From Bacteroidota bacterium (lineage in GTDB: Bacteria > Bacteroidota > Bacteroidia > NS11-12g > UBA955): a stretch of 64,000 nucleotides of DNA. The stretch lies in contig JAGXTF010000059.1 of the NCBI GenBank assembly GCA_018333525.1, positions 17,334-81,333 on the forward strand, given 5' to 3'. The notes below the pieces were generated by a model that did not search any database, had not been told where the DNA came from, and saw nothing but the letters and a program-made list of their open reading frames with translations. Shown here piece by piece: positions 1 to 10,696 of the stretch. Position numbers and translations under genes: made by a program. How positions within the stretch are numbered: the first letter of the stretch is position 1; every line of letters starts with the position of its first letter.

Positions 1-305
1 AGTAGTATTCTTTTTAATGACATCCCGCCCGCCAGCATGGAAATAAATTCTGACCTGCCCGCAAGCCTGGAAGTGAAATAAAGTACCGTTATAAATATAA
101 ATATCGGGCTGAATGTATTAATTAAATTAGGAATAAAATTGGCGTAATAAGTGAATATTATTCCCTTAATTGGAGCGTTATGTTCAAAAAAATCATCGAG
201 TTTTTCAGCGATATCAAATACGATAATGATGATTACAAAAAGCAGGATGGTAACCACAAATGTGGTTAGAAATTTCTTTGCGATATACCAGTCCAGTTTT
301 TTCAA
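1..305 (-). CDS. LptF/LptG family LPS export permease, 5' part (runs off window)
   Basis: Manual translation from TTG at 305: MKKLDWYIAKKFLTTFVVTILLFVIIIIVFDIAEKLDDF...SRLAGRSEFISMLAGGMS, a typical LptF/G N-terminus. Abuts the tgt stop. Confidence 0.85.
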   Translation of the reverse strand, partial: MKKLDWYIAKKFLTTFVVTILLFVIIIIVFDIAEKLDDFFEHNAPIKGIIFTYYANFIPNLINTFSPIFIFITVLYFTSRLAGRSEFISMLAGGMSLKRIL

Positions 306-1421
306 TTAACGTTTTGCACTTACTTTAATTACCATTTCCTTCTTCCATTGCGCAAAGTCACCTGCAATAATATGTTCTCGTGCCTGGCGAACCAACCACA
401 AGTAAAACCGCAGGTTCTGCAAACTTGCAACAACCGGGCCAAGCATTTCTCCGGACATAAACAAATGCCGAACATATGCCTTGCTGTATTCCGGAGTCAA
501 AGGATCAAGCGAGTCAAAGCTCTCCGCCCATTTCTTGTTGCGGATATTCATGATTCCATTTTCTGTAAAAATGGCACCGTTCCTACCATTTCTCGTAGGC
601 ATAACACAATCAAACATATCAATACCCCTATCTATACACTCCAGAATATTTGCCGGAGTTCCAACACCCATCAAATACCTGGGTTTATCTATTGGTAAAA
701 TTGCCGTTACTTCATCCGTCATCCTATACATATCTTCCACGGGTTCCCCTACACTTAAACCACCAATGGCATAGGCCTCCGCATTCATGGTTTGTACAAA
801 TTCGGCACTCTTTTTTCTCAAGTCACTGTATACACTTCCCTGTACAATCGGCATCAAAGTTTGTTCGTATCCATATAAGGATTTCGTTTTATGGAACTGT
901 TCAAAACACCTGGCAAGCCAGCGATGCGTGAGTTCCATGCTTTTTTTTGCATACGAATAATCACAGGGATACGGTGTACATTCATCAAATGCCATGATAA
1001 AATCCGCCCCGATAATTCGCTGTGTATCAATTACGTTTTCCGGGGTAAATAAATGCCGGGAACCATCAATATGACTTTGAAAAACTACCCCTTCCTCTTT
1101 CATTTTTCGCGCACCGGAAAGGCTGTAAACCTGATACCCCCCACTATCTGTCAACACTGGTCTGGGCCAATTGCTAAAGGCATGTATACCTCCCGCTTTA
1201 TGCATAATTTCATTTCCGGGACGCAAGTACAAATGGTAGGTATTTCCCAAAATAATATCTGCATTTATATCATCCAATAAAAAATTGCGATGGAGGGATT
1301 TTACGGTACCTGCGGTACCAACCGGCATAAATATGGGGGTTCGCACTACACCATGATCCGTAGTGATTTCTCCGGCTCTGGCATGGCTTTCTCCTGCTTT
1401 ATGTGAAATACTGAATTTCAA
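306..1421 (-). CDS. tgt: tRNA-guanine transglycosylase (queuine tRNA-ribosyltransferase)
   Basis: Motifs TPIFMPVGT, NTYHLYLRPG, TDSGGYQ, GGLSVGE, DMFDCVMPTRNGR. Likely TTG start at 1421, overlapping the upstream TGA. Confidence 0.97.
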   Translation of the reverse strand: MKFSISHKAGESHARAGEITTDHGVVRTPIFMPVGTAGTVKSLHRNFLLDDINADIILGNTYHLYLRPGNEIMHKAGGIHAFSNWPRPVLTDSGGYQVYSLSGARKMKEEGVVFQSHIDGSRHLFTPENVIDTQRIIGADFIMAFDECTPYPCDYSYAKKSMELTHRWLARCFEQFHKTKSLYGYEQTLMPIVQGSVYSDLRKKSAEFVQTMNAEAYAIGGLSVGEPVEDMYRMTDEVTAILPIDKPRYLMGVGTPANILECIDRGIDMFDCVMPTRNGRNGAIFTENGIMNIRNKKWAESFDSLDPLTPEYSKAYVRHLFMSGEMLGPVVASLQNLRFYLWLVRQAREHIIAGDFAQWKKEMVIKVSAKR

Positions 1422-2116
1422 TTCTGAGCCATCAGGGTGAGGCAAAATAATTTAGGGTATAATGCCCTCATGGAACCAGAATAATAACTATCCGGCACCT
1501 TCACCAACGCATTATTTATGCCATTTGCCGCGCGTAATTCCACGCATAAATCTACATATTGCAAACGAAATTCAAATCCGGCCCCAAGTTCATAATAATA
1601 CGTATTTGCCTTAATGGCCACAAGTGGTTTGGACGCACCAATTACTACATCTTCATTGCTTTGAAAATCATGAGACCAACGCAGTCCGGACATTACGTAA
1701 AAGCGTGAATTTTTGGGCATCACACTATAATATTTCAAATTTATTGGGACATCAAAAGAAATGGTTTCTATTCGCAAAGTCTGTACCGGTTTGCTTTTCC
1801 AGGTGTATTGTATACTTCGCTGGTGCAAATGCAACATGGTTTGTGCTTTCACTTCAAATCGCTTTTCCGCCCCAAATTTATGGGCAATTGTACCGCCAAA
1901 TGCCCCTCCGGCACCAGCTAATGGACGAACCGCCAACAAGGAATCATTTCGTGCCCAAAATGAAGGATCCAATTCCATTTTCATTTTCGCATTAGTTCCG
2001 GAAAATGCAATTCCCCAATAAATCTGCTTTCGAAAATCCCGGGTTGGATCCACCTTCTGCCCAAATGACAGACTGAAATAACAAAATGCTATGAAAAAAA
2101 ATATTATTTTTTGCAT
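1418..2116 (-). CDS. porT: PorT/SprT-family outer-membrane beta-barrel protein (T9SS)
   Basis: Signal peptide and alternating beta-strand pattern. Lies directly downstream of ubiE/menG, the usual Bacteroidota position. Divergent sequence. Confidence 0.6.
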   Translation of the reverse strand: MQKIIFFFIAFCYFSLSFGQKVDPTRDFRKQIYWGIAFSGTNAKMKMELDPSFWARNDSLLAVRPLAGAGGAFGGTIAHKFGAEKRFEVKAQTMLHLHQRSIQYTWKSKPVQTLRIETISFDVPINLKYYSVMPKNSRFYVMSGLRWSHDFQSNEDVVIGASKPLVAIKANTYYYELGAGFEFRLQYVDLCVELRAANGINNALVKVPDSYYSGSMRALYPKLFCLTLMAQN

Positions 2117-2832
2117 ACATACATGGTGCTAATTCCAAAAGTAAGCGGGTGGGCAATTGCACTTTCAAACCCACAACTGCGTGCTATTTCAGCAAATTTT
2201 TCGCCTTCAGGAAATTGATTCACACTCTCCGGTAAATACGAATAAGCACGATTGCTTTTTGAAAATAATTTCCCTACTGCAGGTAAAATATTTTTAAAAT
2301 AAAACCAATACAATGCGCTTACCAGTTTGTTTTTGGGCTTGCTGAATTCCAGCACCACCAAATGTGCTCCGGGCTTTAAAACACGGTTAATTTCCTTCAA
2401 TCCATTTTCCAGATTTTCAAAATTCCTCACTCCAAAAGAAACGGTAACAACGTCAAAACTATTGTCTGATAAAGGAAGTTTTTCAGAATCTGCCTGCTGC
2501 AGCTCAATTCTATTTTGAAGGTTTTTCTTTTGAATCTTTGCTCTGCCAACATCCAGCATTCCCTTACTGATATCCACTCCCAGAATATTTACCTCAGGGA
2601 TTTTACTCAGTTCCAATGCTAGATCTCCCGTTCCTGTGGCAACATCCAATATCATTTTGGGCTGAAATTTCTCAATTGTGCGCCTCACTTTTTTACGCCA
2701 GGCTTTATCAATCCCAAACGAAAGCAAGTGATTTAAGAAGTCGTATTTACCGGAAATGTCATCAAACATTTCTTCCACCTGTTGTCGCTTGGAAAGGGAG
2801 GAATCCGGATTTGGCTTTACTATGGCGGTCAA
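2104..2832 (-). CDS. menG: demethylmenaquinone methyltransferase UbiE/MenG
   Basis: Motifs MFDDISGKYDFLNHLLSFGIDKAWR, LDVATGTGD, SFGVRN, YLPESV. Confidence 0.95.
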   Translation of the reverse strand: MTAIVKPNPDSSLSKRQQVEEMFDDISGKYDFLNHLLSFGIDKAWRKKVRRTIEKFQPKMILDVATGTGDLALELSKIPEVNILGVDISKGMLDVGRAKIQKKNLQNRIELQQADSEKLPLSDNSFDVVTVSFGVRNFENLENGLKEINRVLKPGAHLVVLEFSKPKNKLVSALYWFYFKNILPAVGKLFSKSNRAYSYLPESVNQFPEGEKFAEIARSCGFESAIAHPLTFGISTMYVCKK

Positions 2833-2984
2833 AACTTAGGCCCGCAAATATAAGCAAAATGGCTGAATGCGCTGAAACACCAAGCCTGAAGGCACTTCCG
2901 GAAAACTGTGGAGTTGCCGGCAATGATGCAAAGCTGATCCAATTCTCTATTTTTGCACAAAATCGGCTCAGGGCCGCAATTACA

Positions 2985-3575
2985 TTGGAAATTCAAAGAG
3001 CCATATTTAAAGGAAGCTGGGAGCGTGCCGATCAGATGCCAGCAATCAAAATGCCGGAATTCGCCTTTATTGGCAGGAGTAACGTTGGCAAAAGCAGTTT
3101 GATTAACATGCTTTGCAACCACAAAGGGCTGGCTAAAACCAGCGCACAGCCCGGCAAAACACAAACTCTGAATTTGTTTGAAATAGACAAAGTGTGGGCC
3201 ATTACAGATTTGCCCGGATATGGATATGCCAAAGTTTCCAAAGAGCGCAGGTATAAATTTTCCAAAATGATACAATTTTATCTGCAAAAAAGGGAAAACC
3301 TGATGTGCCTTTTCGTTTTGGTGGATATGCGAATTCCTCCACAGAATATTGATATTGATTTTATTAACTGGTGCGGAGAGAATGCCATTCCATTTGTGAT
3401 TTTGGGAACCAAGTGCGATAAACTTTCCGCAGGCAAAAGGCAGGAACAAATGAATATTTTCGGAGAAAAACTTTCCGAAACCTGGGATGAATTACCCAAA
3501 TTTTACGCTACCAGCAGCGAAGACAAAACAGGCCGGGATGATGTTTTGAAATTCATTGCATCCTGCATGAAATAA
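2985..3575 (+). CDS. engB: ribosome biogenesis GTPase YihA/YsxC
   Basis: Motifs GRSNVGKSS, PGKTQ, DLPGYGYA, TKCDK. TTG start at 2985 chosen because it follows a TATTTTTG box at 2948-2955; the longer ORF overlaps menG. Confidence 0.95.
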   Translation: MEIQRAIFKGSWERADQMPAIKMPEFAFIGRSNVGKSSLINMLCNHKGLAKTSAQPGKTQTLNLFEIDKVWAITDLPGYGYAKVSKERRYKFSKMIQFYLQKRENLMCLFVLVDMRIPPQNIDIDFINWCGENAIPFVILGTKCDKLSAGKRQEQMNIFGEKLSETWDELPKFYATSSEDKTGRDDVLKFIASCMK

Positions 3576-3891
3576 CTATCCTGAAAAAAATTCAAATTTC
3601 AAAAATCTTCATTTCTAATTTCTTGTAAATGGACGTAATATCCATGAAAAAGGAAAATTTTATTGGTGTGCAAAACATAGTAGTATTTAGATTCATATTT
3701 GCCGGAAATGAATATACAATTCTTCTTCTCTTGCCCAGTTTGTCTGAAAATCAGTTCACGGATTTTCAAACATCCATTTGAATATGACAGTGATTCTGCA
3801 TAATCCGTAATACATGTAGTTTCTTTGTAACCGGTATCCCAACTCTAATATGGAACAACTTTTGCGATCTTCATTCGTCTACATTTAAAAC

Positions 3892-4374
3892 ATGCACAAA
3901 TCCATCCTGGTTTTCGGTTTAATTTTCATATCCGTTTTTAATGTCTGCAGCGGTCAGATTGGTGCCAAACGAAGCGTTATCGAGGCATATTTAGGCAAAA
4001 AACAAATTTTTAGTGAACATGTGGAAGGGGATTACTTTACACAGGAATTTAGAACCGGAAAACAGGAAATTACCCAAATCATGTACAACAAAGATTCCAT
4101 TGCTGTAGCACTCACCATTGGAACATTAGATTCATCTATTACGGATATCCTGATTGCAGATTATCTAAAAAATAATTTCTCCGGTTTTGCTGCACATAAA
4201 ATTGGCGCCAACGGTGTGGAAACCTATTATCTGGACACAGTAAAAACAGCCTTAATGATGGTAAAGCACACGAGTTTAAAAGCTAAATCCCCCATTGTTT
4301 CCTTTTCGCTTTGCAACGATCCGGACTTGATAAATTTCTGGATGACCGGTGTGGAATGGTTTAAACCGGAATAG
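3892..4374 (+). CDS. hypothetical exported protein
   Basis: 160-aa ORF with N-terminal signal peptide; no family recognised. Confidence 0.7.
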   Translation: MHKSILVFGLIFISVFNVCSGQIGAKRSVIEAYLGKKQIFSEHVEGDYFTQEFRTGKQEITQIMYNKDSIAVALTIGTLDSSITDILIADYLKNNFSGFAAHKIGANGVETYYLDTVKTALMMVKHTSLKAKSPIVSFSLCNDPDLINFWMTGVEWFKPE

Positions 4375-5841
4375 TTAAGCTTTAATCCAGGTTGCAGCTT
4401 TGGCAATCAACTCGTGCATGGGAACATGCATATGTAAAGTAGCTGAAACTCCCATTTCCTGATTCACCAATTCAGCTTTCGGAAATGAATTTTCTTTTCT
4501 GAAATTAGCCGCCTGGCAGGCACAAAGAAGTTCAATACCCAAAATGGAAGTCACATTTTCCGCAACCTTTAAAGATTTAATTGCGGCATTTGCCCCCATG
4601 CTCACATGGTCTTCCTGTCCGTTTGAACTCATGATAGTATCCACAGATGCAGGAGTACAAAGTTGTTTATTCTGACTGGCCATACTCGCCGCTGAATATT
4701 GCGCAATCATATAGCCGCTGTCTGTTCCGGGATTTGGTGATAAAAACGCAGGTAATCCACGTTGGCCACTAATTAACAGATAAATTCTCCTTTCAGAAAT
4801 ACTACCCAACTCGGAAAGTGCCATTGCTGCATAATCCAAAGTAAGTGCCAATGGTTGACCATGAAAATTCCCTCCGCTTAAAATGAGGTTATCATCTTCG
4901 AAAACCGTGGGATTGTCTGTAACACTATTTAATTCCGTTTCCCAAACAGAAAAACAATATTGAAATGCATCATAACTGGCACCATGTACTTGCGGTATAC
5001 AGCGAAAACTATAAGGATCCTGAACGGCTGGCCTGTTTACTTTTTGCATCGGACTTTGCTTTAAAAATTCCAACATTTCTGCTGCTATTTTTATTTGCCC
5101 TGTATGACTGCGAACGCTGTGCAGTTGCGGGAAATGAGGCTCATTTCGGCACAAATAAACATCTGCTGAAAATGCAGAAATAACAGATAATTTATCCAGA
5201 ATATTTTGTGATATTCGATATAATTCGATGGCATGTGCCAGCATAAATTGGGTACCATTGATCAATGCCAAAGCCTCTTTTGGTTCTAAAACCAATTTTT
5301 CCAATCCGTGTTTTTGCAAAACATCTGCTGCAGAAATATTTCCCAAATCCGGATGGTGCATCTCTCCTATTCCTAATAATGGCAAACACATTTCAGACAG
5401 CGGCGCCAGATCACCGGAAGCTCCCAACGAACCCTGTTCATGTACTTTGGGTGTATATTGATAGTTGTAAAAAAACAGCAATCTTTCTACTACTTCTAAC
5501 CGCACAGCAGAGTGTGATTTCGCAATATTTAATATTTTCAGCAGCAGCATTAATCGCACCAAATTATCCGGCAAATAATTACCGGTACCTGCGGCGTGTG
5601 TGATCAGTAAATTCCGCTGTAGTTCATGTAATTCATTTTCAGGAACAGCCACATTTTGCAGGCTTCCAAATCCAGTATTAATTCCATAAACAGGGGTTTT
5701 GGATTCCTTCAAATATTTCGTTAAAAATGTCGCAGATTTTTGAATGCTTTTTTTGTTCTCATCACTTAATTCGGCAGAATTACCGCTCAACCAGAATTCA
5801 GTAATTTCTTTTAAAGTATAGGTATTTTTCAGAATTGCCAT
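4375..5841 (-). CDS. hutH: histidine ammonia-lyase
   Basis: Motifs VYGINTGFG, MIO motif GSLGASGDLAPL, NGTQ, QDPYSFRC, GGNFHGQP, QEDHVSMG. Confidence 0.95.
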   Translation of the reverse strand: MAILKNTYTLKEITEFWLSGNSAELSDENKKSIQKSATFLTKYLKESKTPVYGINTGFGSLQNVAVPENELHELQRNLLITHAAGTGNYLPDNLVRLMLLLKILNIAKSHSAVRLEVVERLLFFYNYQYTPKVHEQGSLGASGDLAPLSEMCLPLLGIGEMHHPDLGNISAADVLQKHGLEKLVLEPKEALALINGTQFMLAHAIELYRISQNILDKLSVISAFSADVYLCRNEPHFPQLHSVRSHTGQIKIAAEMLEFLKQSPMQKVNRPAVQDPYSFRCIPQVHGASYDAFQYCFSVWETELNSVTDNPTVFEDDNLILSGGNFHGQPLALTLDYAAMALSELGSISERRIYLLISGQRGLPAFLSPNPGTDSGYMIAQYSAASMASQNKQLCTPASVDTIMSSNGQEDHVSMGANAAIKSLKVAENVTSILGIELLCACQAANFRKENSFPKAELVNQEMGVSATLHMHVPMHELIAKAATWIKA

Positions 5842-7214
5842 AAATGCAGGTGTTCCGGAATTTGAATAATCGGGTAATTATGCTGTTCTCCGCTGTTTAA
5901 ATTTTTGAGGGATATGTTTCTGTTTTTCAATTCTTCTTCTCCAATAATTGCAGCAAATGGAATTTTTCTTTGATTGGCATAATCCAATTGTTTTTTTATT
6001 TTTACTGCACCCGGATAAACTTCGGCGGAAATATTCCCTTCACGCAGTATGTTAACGAGTTCAAACGCCATTGGGATACAGGTTTCCAGCATAGGACAAA
6101 TCAATACGCGAACATCATTTCCCGAAATCTCAGGAAATAATTTTGCGGCATCTAAAATATCATAAATGCGATCCAGACCAAATGAAATTCCCACTCCCGG
6201 CACATCTTTTAACCCGAAAACTCCGGTTAAATTATCGTACCGACCACCGCCGCCAATACTCCCAATTTGAAAATTTTCCGGTAATGATTCTGCACTTGGC
6301 ACCACCTCGAAAACCGCGCCGGTGTAATAAGACAATCCCCGAGCTAAAGTGAGATCCAATATAAAATTTTGTTTGGTTTTAACCAGCGAAAATATTCTTT
6401 CTAAATCTGCACAGGCATCCTCCAGCAAGCCGGAGTCACCGCCAGGATGGGATCGGATGGCATCCAATTTTGCATGATTGCTATGAAGGGCATTGGTTTC
6501 AAATAAAAATTGCCAGAAGGAAACAGCATGTTGAATTCCGCTACTTTCCATTTCCTTCTTCACACCTTCAAATCCGATTTTGTCGTTTTTATCTACCAAT
6601 TGCATTAATCTTTGAAGGGCATTTCCACCACCCAAATAATCTGCAAATGCATCAAACAATATTCTATGGTTTATTCGAATCGTAACTGGTAATTGTAAAA
6701 TGGAAAAAACTTCATCATAAATTTTCACCAAATCCACTTCATTCAAAACAGAATCACTACCCACCACGTCAGCATCACATTGCCAAAATTCGCGATACCG
6801 CCCTTTTTGTGGCCTGTCTGCACGCCAAACCTGTTGCATCTGATACCTTTTAAAGGGAAAGGTAATTTTATCGCGATTCATCACCACAAAGCGTGCCAGT
6901 GGAACGGTTAAATCGTAACGCAAACCGCGATCTGAAATACTTTGGAGCACTTTTTTACTATCCCGTTTTTCCAATGCGTCAACATCGGCCTTAGACAAAA
7001 AATCTCCGTTATTCAGAATTTTAAACAACAACTGATCCCCTTCGTCTCCATATTTTCCCTGTAAAGTGCGAAGGTTTTCCATTGCCGGTGTTTCCAATGG
7101 CAAAAACCCGTACAGGCGAAATACACTTTCAATAGCTCCCATAATGTATTTGCGCTTTAGCATCACATCCGGAGCAAAATCTCTGGTACCCGAAGGAAGA
7201 CCCGGTTTTTCCAC
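5829..7214 (-). CDS. hisS: histidine--tRNA ligase
   Basis: Motifs [50 protein letters not shown] start at 7214 follows a TACTTTTG box (7226-7219). Confidence 0.97.
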   Translation of the reverse strand: MEKPGLPSGTRDFAPDVMLKRKYIMGAIESVFRLYGFLPLETPAMENLRTLQGKYGDEGDQLLFKILNNGDFLSKADVDALEKRDSKKVLQSISDRGLRYDLTVPLARFVVMNRDKITFPFKRYQMQQVWRADRPQKGRYREFWQCDADVVGSDSVLNEVDLVKIYDEVFSILQLPVTIRINHRILFDAFADYLGGGNALQRLMQLVDKNDKIGFEGVKKEMESSGIQHAVSFWQFLFETNALHSNHAKLDAIRSHPGGDSGLLEDACADLERIFSLVKTKQNFILDLTLARGLSYYTGAVFEVVPSAESLPENFQIGSIGGGGRYDNLTGVFGLKDVPGVGISFGLDRIYDILDAAKLFPEISGNDVRVLICPMLETCIPMAFELVNILREGNISAEVYPGAVKIKKQLDYANQRKIPFAAIIGEEELKNRNISLKNLNSGEQHNYPIIQIPEHLHLWQF

Positions 7215-7296
7215 GGGGCAAAAGTAAAGGAAAGGGGTAAACACTACAAGGAATCTGGCTTCGCCGGGGTATTCAAAAAAAAAAATACAAAAAAAC

Positions 7297-7343
7297 TTGT
7301 GCAACCGAAAAGTTGCATATATATTTGCAACCAAATGGTAGCA
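7297..7343 (+). promoter_or_regulatory. Bacteroidota sigma-70 promoter overlapped by two putative ArsR operators
   Basis: TTG (7297-7299), 20 bp, then TATATTTG (7320-7327). Inverted repeats TGCAAC-CGAAAA-GTTGCA (7300-7317) and TGCAAC-CAAATG-GTAGCA (7326-7343). Confidence 0.7.
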
Positions 7344-7679
7344 AATTCTAAAAACAATACCAGACGAGACGTGTTTCAGGCAATTGCAGATCCGACCCGC
7401 AGGGCGATCATTGGGCTGGTGGCACTGCAATCAATGACTCCGAATGCACTGGCAGAACACTTTGATACCAGCCGTCAGGCAGTTTCCAAACACTTGCGAA
7501 TTCTTACAGAATGCCAATTGGTAAGGCAGGTACAACAAGGAAGAGAAATCTATTACCAATTGGAGGTAAACAAAATGAAAGAAGTAGACCAATGGCTCGA
7601 ACAATTCAGAATGATTTGGGAGAACCGCTTTAACGAACTCGACAAAGTATTATTAACCTTAAAAAATAAGCAATCATGA
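7335..7679 (+). CDS. ArsR/SmtB family transcriptional regulator
   Basis: [17 protein letters not shown]...[15 protein letters not shown]...QGREIYY winged helix-turn-helix. Confidence 0.92.
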   Translation: MVANSKNNTRRDVFQAIADPTRRAIIGLVALQSMTPNALAEHFDTSRQAVSKHLRILTECQLVRQVQQGREIYYQLEVNKMKEVDQWLEQFRMIWENRFNELDKVLLTLKNKQS

Positions 7680-8176
7680 GAAACGCATTATTATTCGACT
7701 TCACTGTCGACAAAGAGAACAACACCATTTTGGTGAAACGCGAATTCGCTGCAGATGTGGCGATAATTTGGGATGCCTTTACGAAACCCGAGATCTTAGA
7801 TCAGTGGTGGGCTCCGAAGCCCTGGAAAGCCAGAACCAAAGTAATGGATTTCAGGGAAGGTGGCCATTGGATTTATGCAATGGTAGGTCCTGAAGGAGAA
7901 GAGCATTGGGCCCGTGCAGATTTTCAGACAATTGAACCCCAAAAACGGTATACAGGATTGGATGCATTTTCAGATGCCGACGGAGTAATAAACCCGGCAA
8001 TGCCACAATCCACCTGGGATGTACATTTTAAAGCGCAGGACCACAAAACACTGGTAGCATATCATATAGAATTTGGCGACCTGGCGCAACTCGAAGCTAC
8101 CATTCAGATGGGCTTTAAAGAAGGGCTTACACTTGCAATGGAAGGTTTGGATGAATGGCTGGAGGCAAATAAATAA
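7676..8176 (+). CDS. SRPBCC (AHSA1-like) domain protein
   Basis: Motifs [36 protein letters not shown]. Confidence 0.88.
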   Translation: MRNALLFDFTVDKENNTILVKREFAADVAIIWDAFTKPEILDQWWAPKPWKARTKVMDFREGGHWIYAMVGPEGEEHWARADFQTIEPQKRYTGLDAFSDADGVINPAMPQSTWDVHFKAQDHKTLVAYHIEFGDLAQLEATIQMGFKEGLTLAMEGLDEWLEANK

Positions 8177-8184
8177 TTTAAATT

Positions 8185-8679
8185 ATGACAAATAAAACAA
8201 GCATTAAAGCAGAACCCGGGAAACAGGATTTGTTTATAGAAAGGGAATTTGATGCACCCAGAGAATTGGTATTCAGAGCATTTACTGAAAAAGATTTAAT
8301 CGTTCAGTTTTTGGGTCCAAAAAATATGAAAATGGAAATAGAGCACTACGATATGCGTTCTGGTGGATCCTATCGTTACATCCATATGGATGAACACGGA
8401 AACCAGTTCGCATTTCATGGTTCCGTGCATGAAGTTTCATCGCCCCTCAGAATGATTCAAACCTTTGAATTTGAAGGTTTACCGGAAAGAGGACATGTAA
8501 GTATGGACACATCCATTTTTGAGGAACTTCCAGGCAACAGAACCAAATTAACGATTCAATCCGTTTTTCGCTCTGTTTCGGATCGCGACGGAATGATCAT
8601 GTCCGGCATGGAACGCGGAATCAACGAGGGATTTGAACGATTGGATCAAATGTTAAAATCCCAGGTAAGTAATTCTTAA
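8185..8679 (+). CDS. SRPBCC (AHSA1-like) domain protein
   Basis: Motifs [28 protein letters not shown]. Confidence 0.88.
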   Translation: MTNKTSIKAEPGKQDLFIEREFDAPRELVFRAFTEKDLIVQFLGPKNMKMEIEHYDMRSGGSYRYIHMDEHGNQFAFHGSVHEVSSPLRMIQTFEFEGLPERGHVSMDTSIFEELPGNRTKLTIQSVFRSVSDRDGMIMSGMERGINEGFERLDQMLKSQVSNS

Positions 8680-8691
8680 TTTATAAAAAAA

Positions 8692-9123
8692 ATGAAAAGA
8701 CAATTCTGGCTTAGTTTACCGGTAAAAGATGTGAAAATATCCAAAGCTTTTTTTACCAAAATGGGATTTGAATTCAATACCAATTATCCGGAAACGGAAC
8801 AAAGTGCATCGCTGATGCTTGGGGAGCATGGAACAGTAGTAATGTTATTTGAAGAAAGCATGTTCAGGGGATTTTGCGGAAATGAAATAAGCGATGCTAA
8901 AAAAAGCAATGAGGTATTACTTTCCATAGATGCATTTTCCAAAGAGGAAGTGGATACATTTGCTCAAAAGGCCATTGCCGCGGGTGGAATATCCAACCAC
9001 AAGCCTTATGAAATGACCGGCTGGATGTATGGTTGCGTATTTTCAGATCCCGATGGACACAAATGGAATGTACTTTATATGGATATGGGGAAAATGCCAA
9101 AACAGGCAGTTCAAAATCCATGA
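8692..9123 (+). CDS. VOC (glyoxalase/bleomycin resistance) family protein
   Basis: Motifs LPVKD...SKAFF..MGF, GWMYG..F.DPDGH.W. Confidence 0.88.
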   Translation: MKRQFWLSLPVKDVKISKAFFTKMGFEFNTNYPETEQSASLMLGEHGTVVMLFEESMFRGFCGNEISDAKKSNEVLLSIDAFSKEEVDTFAQKAIAAGGISNHKPYEMTGWMYGCVFSDPDGHKWNVLYMDMGKMPKQAVQNP

Positions 9124-9174
9124 AAACATTAAAATATTCATAAATTATTCGCATATTTGATACACAAAAAAATC

Positions 9175-9597
9175 ATGAGTACTGAAAGCACAGAAAAAAT
9201 AACTGTTGAAACCATTATCAATAAACCAGTTGATTTGGTCTGGGAATATTGGACAGCACCTGAACATATTCAGAATTGGAACAATGCTTCCGATGATTGG
9301 CACACTCCACATGCTAAAAACGATCTGAGAGATGGCGGTGACTTTATCATCAGGATGGAATCCAAAGATGGCACCATGGGCTTTGATTTCGGAGGAACTT
9401 ACGATCATGTTATTATCCACGAAACCATCAATTATACCATGGGTGATGGCAGAAAAGTTCTGGTAAACTTCGACGGAGAAAATAATGTTACAAAAATTAC
9501 CGAAACTTTTGACCCTGAAAAAGAGAATCCGGCAGAAATGCAAAGAGCCGGCTGGCAGGCCATTTTGGATAATTTTAAAAAGTATTGTGAAAAGTAG
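9175..9597 (+). CDS. SRPBCC (polyketide cyclase-like) protein
   Basis: Motifs VWEYWTAPEHI.NWNNASDDWH, DLRDGG.F..RMESKDG..GFDF, QRAGWQAILDNFK. Confidence 0.88.
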   Translation: MSTESTEKITVETIINKPVDLVWEYWTAPEHIQNWNNASDDWHTPHAKNDLRDGGDFIIRMESKDGTMGFDFGGTYDHVIIHETINYTMGDGRKVLVNFDGENNVTKITETFDPEKENPAEMQRAGWQAILDNFKKYCEK

Positions 9598-9718
9598 AAA
9601 ACCTATTTATTTGGATCATCATACATGTGAAATCCGATTAGAAACATTCCCATGTTATTAGCATTTCCGGATTATTTCCAAATCCCATTATTCAATTAAC
9701 CAATCTTTCGATTGGTAA

Positions 9719-9759
9719 AATATGAAAAAGCACTTCTGAGAGAAGTGCTTTTTCATATT
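9719..9759 (+). terminator. intrinsic (probably bidirectional) terminator
   Basis: Perfect 19-bp stem AATATGAAAAAGCACTTCT-GAG-AGAAGTGCTTTTTCATATT downstream of the ArsR operon. Confidence 0.8.
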
Positions 9760-9860
9760 GGGGTATTCAATCCTGGTCTGGTAGAGATTCACAAATTCTT
9801 CTGACATTATTTAAACAGATCCATTTCCCTTTACTACCTGAACTGTATTAATTTTACAGT

Positions 9861-10586
9861 TTGTTAGCAGCTTTGGGTAAAAAGATAATTCTCATATTCA
9901 TATGGCTTTGGATTTTTCCTGTTTTTGGACAAATAGGTCTTAATTTAAATATAGGTGCAGCATCCATTTCAACTGGTGCCATGCATGTGAAGTGCCAGGT
10001 TAACAATGGACAGATAACGCCATTCTCCTATACTACCTCGCCCCAGTTTGCAAATATGTTCAATGCGCAATTTTATTATTCCAAGGGAGAATTTCCCTTT
10101 TTATTGGAATTCACCTATATCACCGGAAATTTTTATATAGACTTTAAAGAAAATATGGGGAATATTTTTCGCACGCAAAATTACAGGCAAAATATTTTTG
10201 GAGGTGGAATTACTATTGAACCATTGCAAAAAGCAGAAAGCAAATTTCGATATGGCTTTGGTATATATGCTTATGGATATCAATTTCACCCGGAATCCGC
10301 TAGCCAGGGGAGCAGAAGCAATGCGCAAATGCTCAATTTTTTCACCGGGCTGGAGGCTGGAATTCGTTTGAATCCATACTTCTATCTCAATGGTTATTTT
10401 CGAATTGCCCCGTTTGAAATCAATTATGTAAAATCTTTTAAAGGATTAATACCTTTAAGTTATCATTCCTCGGAATTCAAAATGTCTCAGCGAGATAAAA
10501 TACTTGGGGTTTGTTTGGGATTCGATTTTGCCAAATGGTTCCGCGAAAAAGACCGAAGCCCCGGAATCTTACATAAAAAGCCATGA
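9861..10586 (+). CDS. hypothetical outer-membrane beta-barrel-like protein
   Basis: Signal peptide, aromatic/Gly alternating strands and a near-C-terminal LGFDF. Start codon uncertain. Confidence 0.55.
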   Translation: MLAALGKKIILIFIWLWIFPVFGQIGLNLNIGAASISTGAMHVKCQVNNGQITPFSYTTSPQFANMFNAQFYYSKGEFPFLLEFTYITGNFYIDFKENMGNIFRTQNYRQNIFGGGITIEPLQKAESKFRYGFGIYAYGYQFHPESASQGSRSNAQMLNFFTGLEAGIRLNPYFYLNGYFRIAPFEINYVKSFKGLIPLSYHSSEFKMSQRDKILGVCLGFDFAKWFREKDRSPGILHKKP

Positions 10587-10696
10587 ATCAGACTTAAAAG
10601 CTTGCACATTGTCCAATTACCAATGCACTTTAGGGGGTGGTTTTGCCACAAATCAGGACTGTGATATATTTGTAAATCAAGACTTCACACCAAACT

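Noticed and set aside
2616-2984. Long N-terminal extension of engB (likewise hisS to 7430 and paralog 5 from 28460)
   Set aside because: These extensions overlap neighbouring genes and lack family features. Promoter boxes and signal peptides support the downstream starts.
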